A stretch of 63,194 nucleotides of DNA, filler included, from Sphacelaria rigidula (lineage: Eukaryota): NCBI GenBank assembly GCA_964200075.2. It is 5 parts of 5 records of this genome, joined end to end, with 100 filler letters (N's around TTAATTAATTAA, not from the genome) between each part and the next. Parts side by side here need not be neighbours in the genome. Positions count along the whole stretch, not along the records: positions 50,638 to 63,194 come from CAXNAA020003634.1; 4 more parts are not named here. The stretch is one strand, 5' to 3'. Within the stretch, counting starts at the first letter, position 1; each line of letters begins with the position of its first letter. This document shows, piece by piece, positions 50,638-62,990 of the stretch. A program made the translations under genes and the position numbers. The notes under the pieces were generated by a model. The model did not search any database. It worked only from the letters and a program-made list of their open reading frames with translations, and was not told the DNA's origin.

Positions 50638-52880
50638 GGGGGGGGGGGGGGGGGGACCCCGCAGAAAGTTACTAGGGAGTAAATCCACATCATGTAGAGG
50701 TTTCACACGCAGCCATTCGGCTACTCCCTTAAAATACTCCATCGCGATTTTCATCCTCTCGAGGGTAAAGTGACCCTCCCGAGGATAAGAATACCCTCAT
50801 ACTCGGTTCGGGTCATCAAACGAATCCTCTGGAGGGCATCTGATGCTCCAGTGACTTCTGAGGTCTGAATCCTTCCAGAGAACCAAAAACATGGTGCTCT
50901 GGAGCACGTGGGTTTCGTGAACGTCCCTCAGAGGGAAATATGAACAGCAGAGGGGAATATGAGCATCATTCCTCTGGAGGAGGGACCGCTTATGGCCTAC
51001 AAGACATTCGTTGCGACTCCGGAGGACATAGCTGTGCAGTATCCTTCAGCGTGTACATTTACACTGGCGCACTCGTGCCCTAACTGTTTCCAGGGTACCT
51101 TTAGGACTATCACGCCAGATATAATACTACCACAAAAACCCTGCAGCAAAGAGCACGAGTTGGGTGCAGGGAAATAGATACACACTACCGTAGTTGGGTA
51201 TGATGTATGTCTTGTTGGTGGAAGTGTAAACTTGAGCTTCTTCTTCCATGGTCGCGGAGTCGCGCGGTGCCGGAACCATGCGCGGGGTAGGGTGCGGGTA
51301 AAAACCGGTGGTTTATTGCATACATACGCATGGACAGTGCCGGTAGACAAAGCTGCGCACACTGTTCAAGTCCTTTTTACATGGCACTGTAAGCGAAAAC
51401 ATACATATAGTCCAGCGCTGTCGGTACTGTACTCTGCCCGCCTCCTCTTCACGTTCAACTGACTGCAGCGGGGACCATGTGAGCGTGCTGCAAGAACTGG
51501 CGTCGTGAAGTATACTCAATAGCTGACGGTATATAACACCCCCATGCATCCAAAGTTACAGGCATCCACTTTGTTTAGCGATACGTGGCGCATATGCCGC
51601 GCTAACTGTGCAGTGTATTGCTTTGCACGTATATAAGCACGGTTTGGTACTGTCCTGCACGGTGTTGTACAGTTCAGCAGAGCACCAGACTTTGCTTATC
51701 GTTGTGGTCGTCATATCTTCATCAAAGTACGCAGTGTACAATTGCCATCGAAGTTTTTCGCGTGTTCAATCGAAAAAATGACTTAGTATTATTGAAATGG
51801 TAGATACGGGACTACGGGGTTTTCAAAACCTGCATGTATAGATTTATGAGGTTCATGCGGTCCCAGTATCATAACCACAAGCTAAAGCTACTTAGCATGG
51901 CTGTGAGTACATACACTGACAATCAGTATATAGGACCTGTAACCAGCGGAGGCCGCTGAAGACCTCGATCTCTTTGCTCAATTGATATATGAATTGGGGG
52001 GCAAGAGGATAATTTTTCAACACTTTCTGCTACCTTTCGAATCCCATCCACTTATACAGTGCAGTATGTGGGACTTGAACGGCAAAAGCTTCTCGCAGAT
52101 AAGTTCCTTTTTTGCCTCATTTCAGGTATTGGCGGGAAAAATGGAGAATTATTTCGAACAGCTTTTGGTGTACAAATTTCCATTTGCGAGTGTATATGGG
52201 ATTTGTACAGCCTCTTCTGCTGTTCGAAATAAAAATCGGTTTTGCCCGATTCTGAATTTGGAATTAGGATTTATTTCGAACAGCAGAGGCTGTGCGAATT
52301 CCAGATTCTCATAGCACATATTCCTTTAAAAATTCAGGGGATTTCAATATGGACACAGACCTTCGAGGTCCCAAAATTCACAATCCTCTAGAGGATTGTG
52401 AATACCCAAGATCCTCTAGCGGGGATTTCAAAACGAACGGAACCGAGGATGACGGGTGGGAAATCCTCTACAAGGTAGCCGAATGGCTGCGTGTGTTCAC
52501 AGCCCAGTACTAGAACTAAGTGACAAATAAGCCCTATGGGCCCCTATGGGAACACGTCAATGCAGACGGAGTCACGGACAGAGCAATATCCAATGTAAGA
52601 ACGGTACGAAATGCGCAAGAAACAGAGTGGCATGTTACGATCACTACAGTGGATATTGTTTGACATACATGTATATATGTATTTAATACGACTGGAGCGG
52701 CAGCCGGTTACCTCTTGATATTTGAGAGTAAACATTCATCAGAGCCACCCGGAAGCATCGTTTCGAAAGGCTGAGCTGCTTAATTACCAAACTTCGCCGA
52801 TGCAACGACGTCGTATTTCGATGAGGCAAACGAATAGCCCAACTATGGTATAGGGACACACCCCCGATGTATTTCTAAGA

Positions 52881-52938
52881 CAGCTGGACCCCTGGGGGAT
52901 CAGTTAAAGTGCGACGATCAATCAATCAAATCAATCAA
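52881..52938 (+). repeat. S3 retroposon 3' end with (AATC)n tail
   Basis: Matches 22570-22626. Confidence 0.7.
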
Positions 52939-52954
52939 GCCTCACCCGCTTAAG

Positions 52955-54290
52955 GACGAATTAGTGCATTTGCGAGGGATAACATCCGACAAATGTCTCA
53001 TTGATACGGTAATCGAAGGCATCACGGACGATCGTGTTGACATCAAGTATAAGGCTGAAAGAGATCCCGATTTCACCATGGAAACAACTGATGTAACAAT
53101 GCGTAAAGTATTCGTAAACCGAGTTGCTCATGGAGTCTCGGCTAAAATCCGAAAAAGATTGAGAGCGCGATGTTTACGCCATCGCCCATAGCATCGTCGG
53201 TACAATCATCCCAGGCGCAAAGCAAATGCTTCACCAGCGGAAAACCAGAAAATGTCATGCGTGATTTCCGATCTAGAAAACAACCTTATGAGAGTGGTAG
53301 GCAGGTGAAGTGGTGCAACTTGCACACCACGGATCGGCATGATAACTTGAAATGGGACAATCAAGCGTGTGGGTAATAACACGGGCAACCGTAACAGTAT
53401 TCGCTTCAGTAATCACCACCGCAATGCTGACAACTACCGCAACCGCAGTCGAGACCGATTAAACAACCCCAGCTGCAACAATATCCCCAACACTAGACTC
53501 GCTGAAAAGGTAAACGCGTTTCGATAGAGCCTGCTTCGGCTTTAGTGTAATGCGTGAGAGGACCGCGCGCTTAGAGGACCGCATTGGATTTTCAACACCC
53601 CTATGGCTAGGGTTAGGGTTAGGGTTAGTGTTGGGGTTAGGGTCAGGGGCGTGGTCTCTATAGGGACTGGCCCGATTGGGTTCGAAACACGTCGATCCTG
53701 AGGTGTTTTGAACTACGGCGCAGTTCCTTAAGCACGCGGTCCCCTAAGCACGCGGTCCTCTCATCATGCATGACATCAGCACCCTCCAGCATCAACATTC
53801 GGCAAACGAGTGCACCTTCAGCAACAACTGTCACGGATTCATAATTCTATCAAGCGGCATAGGATATACCTTCCTTGAAGGTCGCTTGTCCACACACACA
53901 TGTCACCACCAGTATTAACGCTTTTGAAGAAGATTGGGGGCCGTAGAGCTTCTGGCTACTCTCTACACAGTCAATTACGACTCAATACCGAATGCGAGAT
54001 GCTTGACTTTACCTACCTAGATCCACCCATATGCATTTTGGCAGCAGGGAGATATCTACTGCACGGAATAGAAAAATAGGCAATCCGCTCGATCGTCACC
54101 GATTCAAATGGCACTGAACACTCTGTGCGCCCACCAGCCGTCATCAGTCCCGCCCTTGGCAAGCATAGCTTTTCATCCTTGTGAAGCATTCAGCAAGCGT
54201 GTGTATACTGTTTTTTAGGTAAACTCCTATGTAGACGTCGGCGATTCGAAAATCCCGGTTGTAATAAGTAGGACTGCGGAACCGAACAAC
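52955..54290 (+). pseudogene. Ty1/Copia gag-protease remnant interrupted by a MITE
   Basis: IEGITDD..DIKYKAERDPDFTME..TMRKVFVNR, decayed zinc knuckle KCFTSGKPENVMRDF, WCNLHTTDRHDN, and protease-like VISPALGKHSFS. Confidence 0.65.
53546..53775 (+). mobile_element. Telomere-repeat-bearing MITE, copy A
   Basis: TGTAATGCGTGAGAGGACCGC left end, internal (TTAGGG)n, partly duplicated right TIR. Confidence 0.88.
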
Positions 54291-55472
54291 TTATGCATGA
54301 GAATTATTCGAGAACCCAGCATTTTTAAAACCAGCTCGGGACTCACAGCTACAGCTGTTTCCGCAAAAGTGAAGGACGTCGGCACAGCATACGCTACGGA
54401 GTTCATTGAAAAGGAGAAGCTGGCAGGTCTGGCAACCTATTCAACGTTGAGGGAAAGCAGACGTGTGGCACAGAATACTAGCATCCACCTGAAAGAAGAC
54501 TACTTGCACCACAGTGTACGCATATTGCTCGCGGAGTAGTTTTTCTGCTCGCCAATTAGCGTCTTCCTACGACTGACACAGTTATGCCGCAGCATACACC
54601 ATGGCTCGCAGCCTCCATACCGTTATTGACTGCGATTACTATATTCAAGAGTGACCGCGGGTCAGACAAGTTTTGACCCGGTTGCAGCAACCGCAACATC
54701 CACGGAAGTCAGGTCAAGAAGACTGCCACGCAAATGTCGCAAAACATGATTGCTGCTTGCGCCCTCAAACACGAATAAGAGTGCAAGATGGGTTGCAACT
54801 AAGTGGCACAAGTCCCCGGCAAACAAAAGTTCGGCTGCGTTCGTCGAACGTGACCCGGGTCAGCTGGGTATCCCCCCCCCCCCCATCCCACCCTCGTTGT
54901 CCCCCTACACGTTTTTTCATCGCGCACATACACTGATCGTGACGCCTTTCAGCGCACGAACGTGTCAGGCACCTCAAGACCTCGCCTCAAAACCAACGCG
55001 GCACATAGCAACAAAATACGAATTAGAAATAAATTTACGTGTTGTTGTTGAAACAATCGGGCCCAAAAAGGGGGTGCGTAGGTGGTGGGCGCTGGTCATT
55101 TCCAATCCTGATCTACCCCTGCTCTACCCAAAACTTGGGTGGATCAAGGGCAACCCAAAATACTCTATACCAAATTTGGGTAGATCGGGTACGATCTCAA
55201 ATACTCTACCCCAAATGTGGGTAAAGTATTCCAGCAATAACTGGGTATAGGATCACTTGGGTATGGCCTTCATTCTCTACCCAAGATGTTCGGTGAGCCG
55301 GGTACGGTCCAAAATATCCTACCCAAATTGAGATCGGGTACTATTTCGATACTCTACCCAAATGTTTGGGTACTAAGAGTTTGCCGGGTATTGAAGATAC
55401 CCTACCCGACCTGCCCTTGAACGGTTTCTTATCGGTGTCATTGATAGCGATGTGTCATCTACACAGACCCAC

Positions 55473-55601
55473 CTTATGTTGATCTCGTCTGGCGACCCGT
55501 CGAAAATAAACGTCCTGGTGATCTCTTGGAAGTCGACCAGATCCGCTTCTTTGTCGGAGGCACTGCTCTCCATATCATCGCCGAACTCGTGCCCTTGGTA
55601 C
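55473..55601 (-). CDS. RGS domain exon 2 (YQGHEFGDD...DFQEITRTFIFDGSPDEINI)
   Basis: Acceptor GACGCAG, donor AG|GTGGGT, phase 2/2. Matches the RGS IxxxYIxxxAPxEVNI motif and splices in frame to the 56558 donor. Confidence 0.85.
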
Positions 55602-55796
55602 CTGCGTCAGATGGGGAACATGATAAAGTTTTGGAGTTGACCCTTGATGAAACAGATTTAAGCATGGTGAGGAATAAACAGGGTTGGACATTCTTAAGTC
55701 TTGGCACAGAATGCGCAAAGATTCTGGGTGTCAATCCCCTTCGCGCGCAACCCTTTGGAGTGCGAATAGCGCTGGCCACCCTCCAGCGAGTCCATG

Positions 55797-55998
55797 TGTA
55801 TTACGTGAGAGGACCACGTGCTCAGAGGAGGACCGCTTCGGAGTTTGAACATCCCAATGATTAGGATTACGGTTGGGGTTAGGGTCACAGGCGTGGTACC
55901 TGCAGGGACTGGCCCGATTGGTTTTGAAAAACGTCAATCCTGAGGTGTTTTGCACATCGATGCGCTCCCCTAAGCACGCGGTCCTCTCACGCATTATA
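55797..55998 (+). mobile_element. Telomere-repeat-bearing MITE, copy B (intronic), CCATG target duplication
   Basis: Same TIR and core. CCATG at 55792-55796 and 55999-56003. Confidence 0.88.
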
Positions 55999-56557
55999 CC
56001 ATGTATGGCAATGCGAATGTTGCGCTTGATCTTCACGTGTCGATACTAGTGCACGAGAAATCTTCAGAGCTGCACCCTTGCTGGATCACCTGAGAAGGGT
56101 GCACCGACTCATGACACAGCAGATCGTGGATCTCCTACAAACAAGTGTAAATATCTCATTGACCGGCACCCGCGGCAGCGCCCGGGAGTAAGTGTGGAGT
56201 CGAAATCATGACGCATACTACTCCCAAACTGGTGTCTGCTCCCAATTCGCACTCGTTCTTGTTTTCAGTCTGCCGTGATTGCTCTTTTCATCTTCCCACC
56301 CGCCATGCTTTACCCTTCTTGACTTTCTTTCAAGGATTATTGGCTTTCGTTTGCCTTGAAAGATGAGCTCATCTCGCGAGAATGTCTGCATTCGGAGCGG
56401 GGCGCATGACTTGATATGCGACAATCAGTCTATCAAATCGACTGCAAATCTTGATGAGATTCCAGCGTGTCCTTGCACACGTTGTTTCGTGGCCAACAAC
56501 CAACTTATTGCACACACCAGTCTTCATGCATACCCACTCAAGTCTGGAGCTTTTGAC

Positions 56558-56862
56558 CTGGAAACTTCCTGAAGAAACAGCACGGACTCCTGGCACAGCG
56601 CCCTGCGGGCAAACTCCTCGAACGCGGCGGCGACCTCCGGTACCGCCGTCACGTGTCCGTACGTCCAGATCTCGTCCAATCCTTCCTCGGACCATTCTTG
56701 CTTATGCTCCTCCGCTGGTTGCTCCTGCCGTTGCAGCCTCTGCTGCGTCGTTTCTGCTGCGGCAGCGACAACAGCCGTGGCTATTCCCCCGAGTTTCTTG
56801 CTATGCTCGCTTTCTTGCGTGGATGTAACCCGGAGAGACTCACATCTGCCCCGAAATGTCAC
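56558..56862 (-). CDS. RGS domain exon 1 (..WTYGHVTAVPEVAAAFEEFARRALCQESVLFLQEVS); 5' boundary uncertain
   Basis: Matches the RGS pattern AFxxFLxxExxxENLxFxxxV. Donor CAG|GTCAAA at 56558/56557. Confidence 0.85.
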
Positions 56863-58498
56863 GGTTCCGGTGCCAGGTCACGCCATTCGGTGATCCCCGG
56901 TGAAACGACTGAGTTGGATTAGTCAACTGAAGAGAAACATGTGGTGGCAGTGCGTTCGACGAACCGGTTCGAGTCTTGATCGTAAAGGACACAGCAAACT
57001 TCGTGCCCTCAAACTGCTCTCATGTCTACCTCTTGTGGTGAGCTAACAATCAGTAAAACTCCTCTTTGAAGGTATGTTTGACAATCATGCATTCCATTAA
57101 GAATCAAGATGGAAACCAAACACGGTGTCGCGACTTGGCTCGCTGCCTCTAGCCGTAGCGGAACTGCTTTCGGTGTTTTTGTACGATCAGAATGATCACA
57201 AAACGTTTGTAGATTATACATGCACTTGTGGGCAAAGCGGCATAACAAACGCCGAAGAGGAACATCACACACGAATACCGACCAAGAGGTGTCCAAGTGC
57301 ATTCTAGAGGCTTTACAGAAGTAAACGAGTGCCCATAACTTCACATTATGCAGCATCGCGCACAGACGGCCACAAAAAAAAAACGCGCACTCGTTCACAT
57401 ATCGCGTTACTGTGCTAGAATACAATGTGCCGTTGAGATGTCACACATCTTGTGCCATCTTGACAGAAGCATGAAGTCCATGAGCGCTTCCTAGAAAACC
57501 ACGGCATGCCCGTGCTGCATGCCATCAGGCAAGGAGACAATACAAGGATAATTGACGGCGACCAATAAACGAGAACGATACGGTTGACAGTCCATGCAAA
57601 AAAAACGCGTCATTACGATTAAACAAACCCACCTACTATATATGAGATGACCATCGTGTAGCTTGTACATCGAGTAACTTACTAGACAGTCATCGGATTC
57701 GACAGCTGTGAACGCGAGTACCATCCCCTAGTGACACAGTACGGTCACCAGGTTTTGGTAATGATAGAAATATGCAAAGGTAGGGTCTGTAGGGTACGAC
57801 GTTTTGCATCCGCGGGGTATCTACCCAGGTATTAGCCCTATCCGACAGGTTCTGTATGGTCTGCAAAATGTTTTTTACCCTTCCGAACATCCTCGTTACC
57901 TACAGAACACAATCTTGGAAAATGTTTGTTTACTTTACCGGTATTCGAATGACCGGAACCAAGAATGTACACTTGAACAAAACATCTGCACAAGTGTGAA
58001 GCGTGCAATCTCAAAAGGTTCAAGCACAGGGTACTAGAACAAGTGTCGGGTAACCTTACGGAGTTCCGAGAGACTCGTGCCCGTACGACGAGCAAGTGAC
58101 AGACATTTGAAGTCTGGTTCTCCGTGAAAGGATTGCGGTTCGCAGAATTGCTACCGTTCCAGCCAAGGTGTACCCGCTCATCTATCTCGTTCGGAGACCG
58201 CGTGAGACCTTGGTAGTTTCATTCCTGCTAGGCCCCTGACAGGGTGTAGAAAAAGCTGAGGTTGAAAATCTGGGCATATATTTGCTTGCCGTGAACAAAC
58301 TGTGAACGTTAAAGCACAGAGGGCGTCCGCAGTTGAGAAACGTGAACATTGGTGTTGAAGCTCAGCTTTATATTGAGAGGGTGCGCGCCAGCTGCATTTC
58401 GTCGGTGGTGATTGCCCATATTTCTCTTGGCCTATTAGCCATATGTTCTCATTTCTTGTTTCTCGTTTCTTGTTCCGTTTGTGCTTCGCGAGAATCAC

Positions 58499-58580
58499 GC
58501 TCGACATTGACTCCCCGGCCGTCCCCGGCCGTGTCGACAGGGAACGAAGCGCAGCAGCCCGAAGCACAGAGTACCCCATG
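58499..58580 (-). CDS. Exon of the TM-RGS gene: end of last TM helix and linker (MGYSVLRAAALRSLSTRPGTAGESMSS)
   Basis: Acceptor TTGACAG, phase-compatible with the 59862 donor. Donor position uncertain. Confidence 0.5.
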
Positions 58581-59623
58581 CTGTCAACTGTGGTGCTTAT
58601 TCTTGATTTGCATCGACTTACGAAATGAAAGGTTCCTGGTACGACTGACACTGCAAACTGCTGCGCGGTATATATTACAGCTGCGTACCCGCCGTGAGTT
58701 CGAGCCGTTGCTTATCTCGTTGCCGAAACTTAGCTGTATTTATTTCACGATATGTGTATATATATATTCCGCCGGACAACCAGCTTCATTTTCTCAACAG
58801 GATGCTTCCTAAATGCGAGCGCCCTGTGCGTACCATCAATAGGAAAAAAAACTTACTCACCGGGATACGAACGTCGCCCGTCTAGCCAGCACCCTGGCCG
58901 CAATTTCCTCAGAGGGTCCGTCACGAGGAGAGGTGAGACGCATCAGTGGCTCCACCACCCTGATTTGGCGCCAGAACACAAAATCATGTTATCATGGTAC
59001 TTCGGAGTTGTTCTTGGAAAATGGCCAATGACAAAGCGTACGAACGATTAGCTACTGTTGGTGTGTCCTTGTCTATATTAGATGTGGATCGTCGATTGTC
59101 GTCTGTTGATTGCGATCCAATAGAGTCTATCTTTCATGACCCGACCTGTCTTTGCTCTGGGCATGGCACAAGTTCTATTGGAAGATTAGTGATGTGATGT
59201 GCCAAGCTCCGTGTGTATCGGTACGACTAAATGGTGGAGCATACCCAGCTTTATCGAAATTTGATCATACGTTGTGAACTCGAATCGTGAGTTACCCTGA
59301 TATTGCGTCTGCAGTTGGAGATGTGTTCCTAATCCCACCGGTTGTTATCGGTGAAAATTCATGTGCTGCCGTTTAAGGGTGTCACATGAAAGGACAGAGT
59401 GCTCCTATACTACATACTTAATGCTCCCGCGCATTCACAAAACAGAGTATCCCACCTCCGAAAAATTCATCACCGGCGATCGCTCGTTCAAAACCAATAC
59501 TTTACCCCGCTCCCTCGAGAGCGCGGTGACGATGGTGCAGAAGTGAAGGCGGGAAGACTTCATCTGCGCTTACTTTCCCCCGTGACCTTACGCCCTGACC
59601 CCAGTCCCCACCCTCTCTACCGG

Positions 59624-59833
59624 TGTAATGCGTGAGAGGACCGTGTGCTTAAAGGACCGCGCCGTAGTTCAAAACACCTCAGGATCGACGTTTTTCAAAA
59701 CCAATCGGGCCAGTCCCTGCAGGTACCACGCCCCCGACCACAACTCAACCCGGACCCCAACCCTAACCCTAACCGAAGAGATGTTCAAATTCCGATGCCG
59801 TCCTCTAAGCACGCGATCTTCTCACGCATTACA
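59624..59833 (-). mobile_element. Telomere-repeat-bearing MITE, copy C (intronic), CCGG target duplication
   Basis: TGTAATGCGTGAGA...TCTCACGCATTACA, internal CCCTAA repeats, CCGG on both sides. Confidence 0.9.
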
Positions 59834-59861
59834 CCGGAGCCCTCGTTAAGGATGATCTTAC

Positions 59862-59961
59862 GTGCCGAGAAACGCCACCACGACGGAAACGAACAGCATA
59901 TTGATGTTGCTCACGCCCCCCACCACCGGTTGAGGGCAGGTCATCCGGACCACTTTGACGG
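59862..59961 (-). CDS. Hydrophobic TM exon of the TM-RGS gene (VKVVRMTCPQPVVGGVSNINMLFVSVVVAFLG)
   Basis: Acceptor CTGTAG, strong donor AC|GTAAGA, TM-like segment. Confidence 0.6.
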
Positions 59962-60999
59962 CTACAGCCGCCAACACAGCGCATAGCAGAGGGCAACAAA
60001 CATAGGATATGCACGGGAGATGGTGCGCGAGAGGATAAATAACGGACAAGAGGGGTACAAAGGAACAAAGATGAATGCGTATACGGCGTCAGAACGAGCG
60101 TGAAACAATGTTGGTATATCACACGAAACTGTGTTCCCTGGAACTCTGCCGTATACGCACGAAAATGGGCATGGTTACATGAATGGTGTCACGGGGCCCC
60201 GTCCTATCGAGACAGATATTGAACCTATAACTTTTATTTTAATGAATAATGCTGTGACTGTTCAAGTTTATGATTCCTCTGACTTGTTTAATGGCCGATG
60301 CGCGCTATGCTCGAGGCCATCACGAAGCATGCTCAAGAAATACATCGTTTTAGAATGGAGGCTTCGAGCACATGCATACTATTGTTCACTTGAAAATGAT
60401 GCCGATTCAACAGAAGACTGAGTCCTGTTGAGTGCAGCTGTTTCGCTGTGCGGTTCCCAGAGCCGTTGCGGCGTCAAGAGGTCTGAATCGGAGTTACTTT
60501 TGTGCGTGTCCTCATGCATCATGTGTGATGTGTACCCAGTAACACAGAAGCAACACCATGGCGACTGGCAAAGGTAGAGGGTGTGGCGTGTACTACAGAA
60601 GACATCACCATGCCGACCGTAGTATGCCGTTCTTTTTGTTGCAATTGTGTGCGTTTGGTCGCGTAAATCATTTGTGAAGGTATAACGTCGTTTATAAACT
60701 GGTACGCTTTTCTGATGAGACCCACAACATATGGGAACACGAAACACGATGATCGAAGTTTGAACTCTTGAAGTCTGAAGCCTGTCGGCCTATCTGGTGA
60801 CGAATCACGCCGCATGGAGCACTTGCCGGCAGCTGCTAGAGTCACTGCAGGAGGCGCATAAAATATTATCGCAAGTTTAGGCGCGTTTCATGCATGTCAA
60901 GCCTTTTATAAGCTTGAAAAAAAAAGAGCTTACTTAAGCCAGGGGGTAGCGCGGATTTGTTTTGGACATACATAGCCCCGCCCCCCCGGAGGGCATTAT

Positions 61000-61503
61000 T
61001 TCGAAAATTGTCATGTTTTTTGTTGTCAACTTCGTTACAAGAAATTGATTAACAAAGATTGTTTTGATTCTTTTCTGTTGATATTATTGCAAGAAATTGA
61101 TACATATACACTGACAAAAACCGAGAAGTCTGGTGGGCTTTGGGTAGTTCGTATATCTGCGATTGTAATGCGTGAGAGGAACGCGTGCTTAGGGGACCGC
61201 GTCGTAGTTACAAACACCCCAGGATCGACGCTTTTCAAAACCAATCGGGCCAGTCCCTCCAGGGACCACGCCCCTGACCCTAACCACGTAACACTAACCT
61301 CAACCATAACCGCAGGGGTGTTCCAATTCCGATGCGGTCCTCTAAGCACGCGGTCCTCTCACGCATTACACCGATGACCTCACATGCCGGAAGGCATTTT
61401 TTCGAAAATTGTCCTGATATTTTCTTTTCCCCATCAATTTTGTTGCAAGCAATTGATCAATAAACACTGACAAAAAATCGAAAAGTCTGGTGGACTTTGC
61501 GGG
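61000..61503. repeat. Imperfect direct repeats (about 61000-61145 and 61401-61503) on either side of MITE D
   Basis: Shared TTCGAAAATTGTC...TTGCAAG.AATTGAT...ACACTGACAAAAA.CGA.AAGTCTGGTGG.CTTTG. Confidence 0.6.
61164..61370 (-). mobile_element. Telomere-repeat-bearing MITE, copy D
   Basis: 41-bp TIRs with 3 mismatches, flanks GCGAT / CCGAT. Confidence 0.9.
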
Positions 61504-62549
61504 GTTTATGTAAAGCTTGCTTCTGCTCCTTGCCCGCTCTGTCCCGATGGCCTCAAGTCTCCATGCCAAGAATCTCTGTCCACGGCAGCTGACCGCATTC
61601 GCCAACGCTTCGGCAATAAACTAGGGGACAGACGGCTGGGTGCCCCCCCCCCCTCCCCCCCTCAAAAAATCGAATTCTCGGTATTGGGGCCTAGATGTCC
61701 ACATTTGTTTTTTACGCTGCCCCCTGCTCAAGCTAAAAAAAACGAGTCAAGATGAAATTTATGCGCACATACGGAACTAGAGCCTGAATAAGCAACGCAT
61801 CTTGACTCTGATGGCCCGGCTATATATAGCCCATGACATGGTGCCTATATTGTCCGAACGCAACTGTCACCGGTAATAACTTCCGATTCAATGAGCCTGA
61901 CGACCCGGCGGAAGCCAATGTCAATCTTGGTTCCCCGTCTGTGCTTATTTCTCAATTGCTTTCGTTGAGGACGGCGGGTTGGTCGGGGGACTACTGTGAG
62001 GGGTCGAGTTCAACACACCAGTCCTCTTTCGCAACGTGTGCGATCGGAGCGCTCTCTTTCGCAATCTGTGCTACGATCTGAATGCATCGGGCCGTCACCT
62101 TTTCAGAGCACATCCCGCGCTCAGCAAAAAACTCTGAACATCACTCATTCCTTTGCAGATTTCGAGGGCGAGCTTGGGAAGCACTTGAAAAAAAGTCCAA
62201 CCCCGTCATGTGTCGGCGGCGTCGAAGTGTATGCAGCGTCTGAATGGGGAGAGCGTCGCTAGATCTCACGATTTCTCCATATTGAGGACGTATATTCTAT
62301 GGTCAAGTGTATCCAAGGAAACGAAAAAAAGTTGATCTATGGTCGGTAAAATATCGTCGAACAGCTCGGACACTTTTCGGGGTCTAACACCCTCCCCCCC
62401 CCCAACCCCCCCCCACCAGCCTGGTCCGGCGAGAACCCGGCGTGCTCCGTCCCGGCTCTGTAGAGGCCAACTCCCGGTGGGGTTGGCATCGATTAGCGAT
62501 GATGCTATGAAACACGCCACTCACTACGGAAGCTAGACAACCACGTTAC

Positions 62550-62990
62550 TTTTTTTTTTTTTGCGCGTGTGCGTTTTATTCGCGGTAACCATGATGGTGG
62601 TCGAGCTAGATCATGTAATGTTCTGCGGAGTGGGAGAACCTCAACTCCGGACAATGGGGATGGTCGTACCGCGTAGTGTTTCAATGGTGAGACACCCCAT
62701 TAGGCAGTTTAAAAGCTGCGGCTGTCTCTGAAGTGGCGGTACCAGAAAATAGAGCAACTCATTGGAGGATGTCATCCAAGTGCAAGATAATCAGTGGCTT
62801 TGGGCCTAACAATCGTAGCAGGATGCAGTTCACCCTGCATGCGACTCGCCGAACACGCTTCGCGCTTGGTGGTTGAGTGCGAGCCTGGTCCGGCGAGAAC
62901 CTGGCGTGCTCCGTCCCGGCTTTGTAGGGATGCGAGGTCAATGGTCTCATGACTATGGCATGTATGATCATGACTACACCCCTCCTCCCA
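62550..62990 (-). mobile_element. S1 retroposon copy 4, most complete, with AATAAA and poly(A); extra fragment at 62418-62464
   Basis: Reverse complement aligns to 16562-16980. TTTATT at 62575-62580 and T13 at 62550-62562. Confidence 0.82.

Noticed and set aside
53608..53649. True telomere or chromosome-fusion scar
   Set aside because: Short degenerate tract internal to a MITE present in four copies
54297..54539. Candidate last RGS exon or separate small gene
   Set aside because: The phase-compatible minus reading stops after ~17 codons without RGS motifs, and the plus ORF has no recognisable feature
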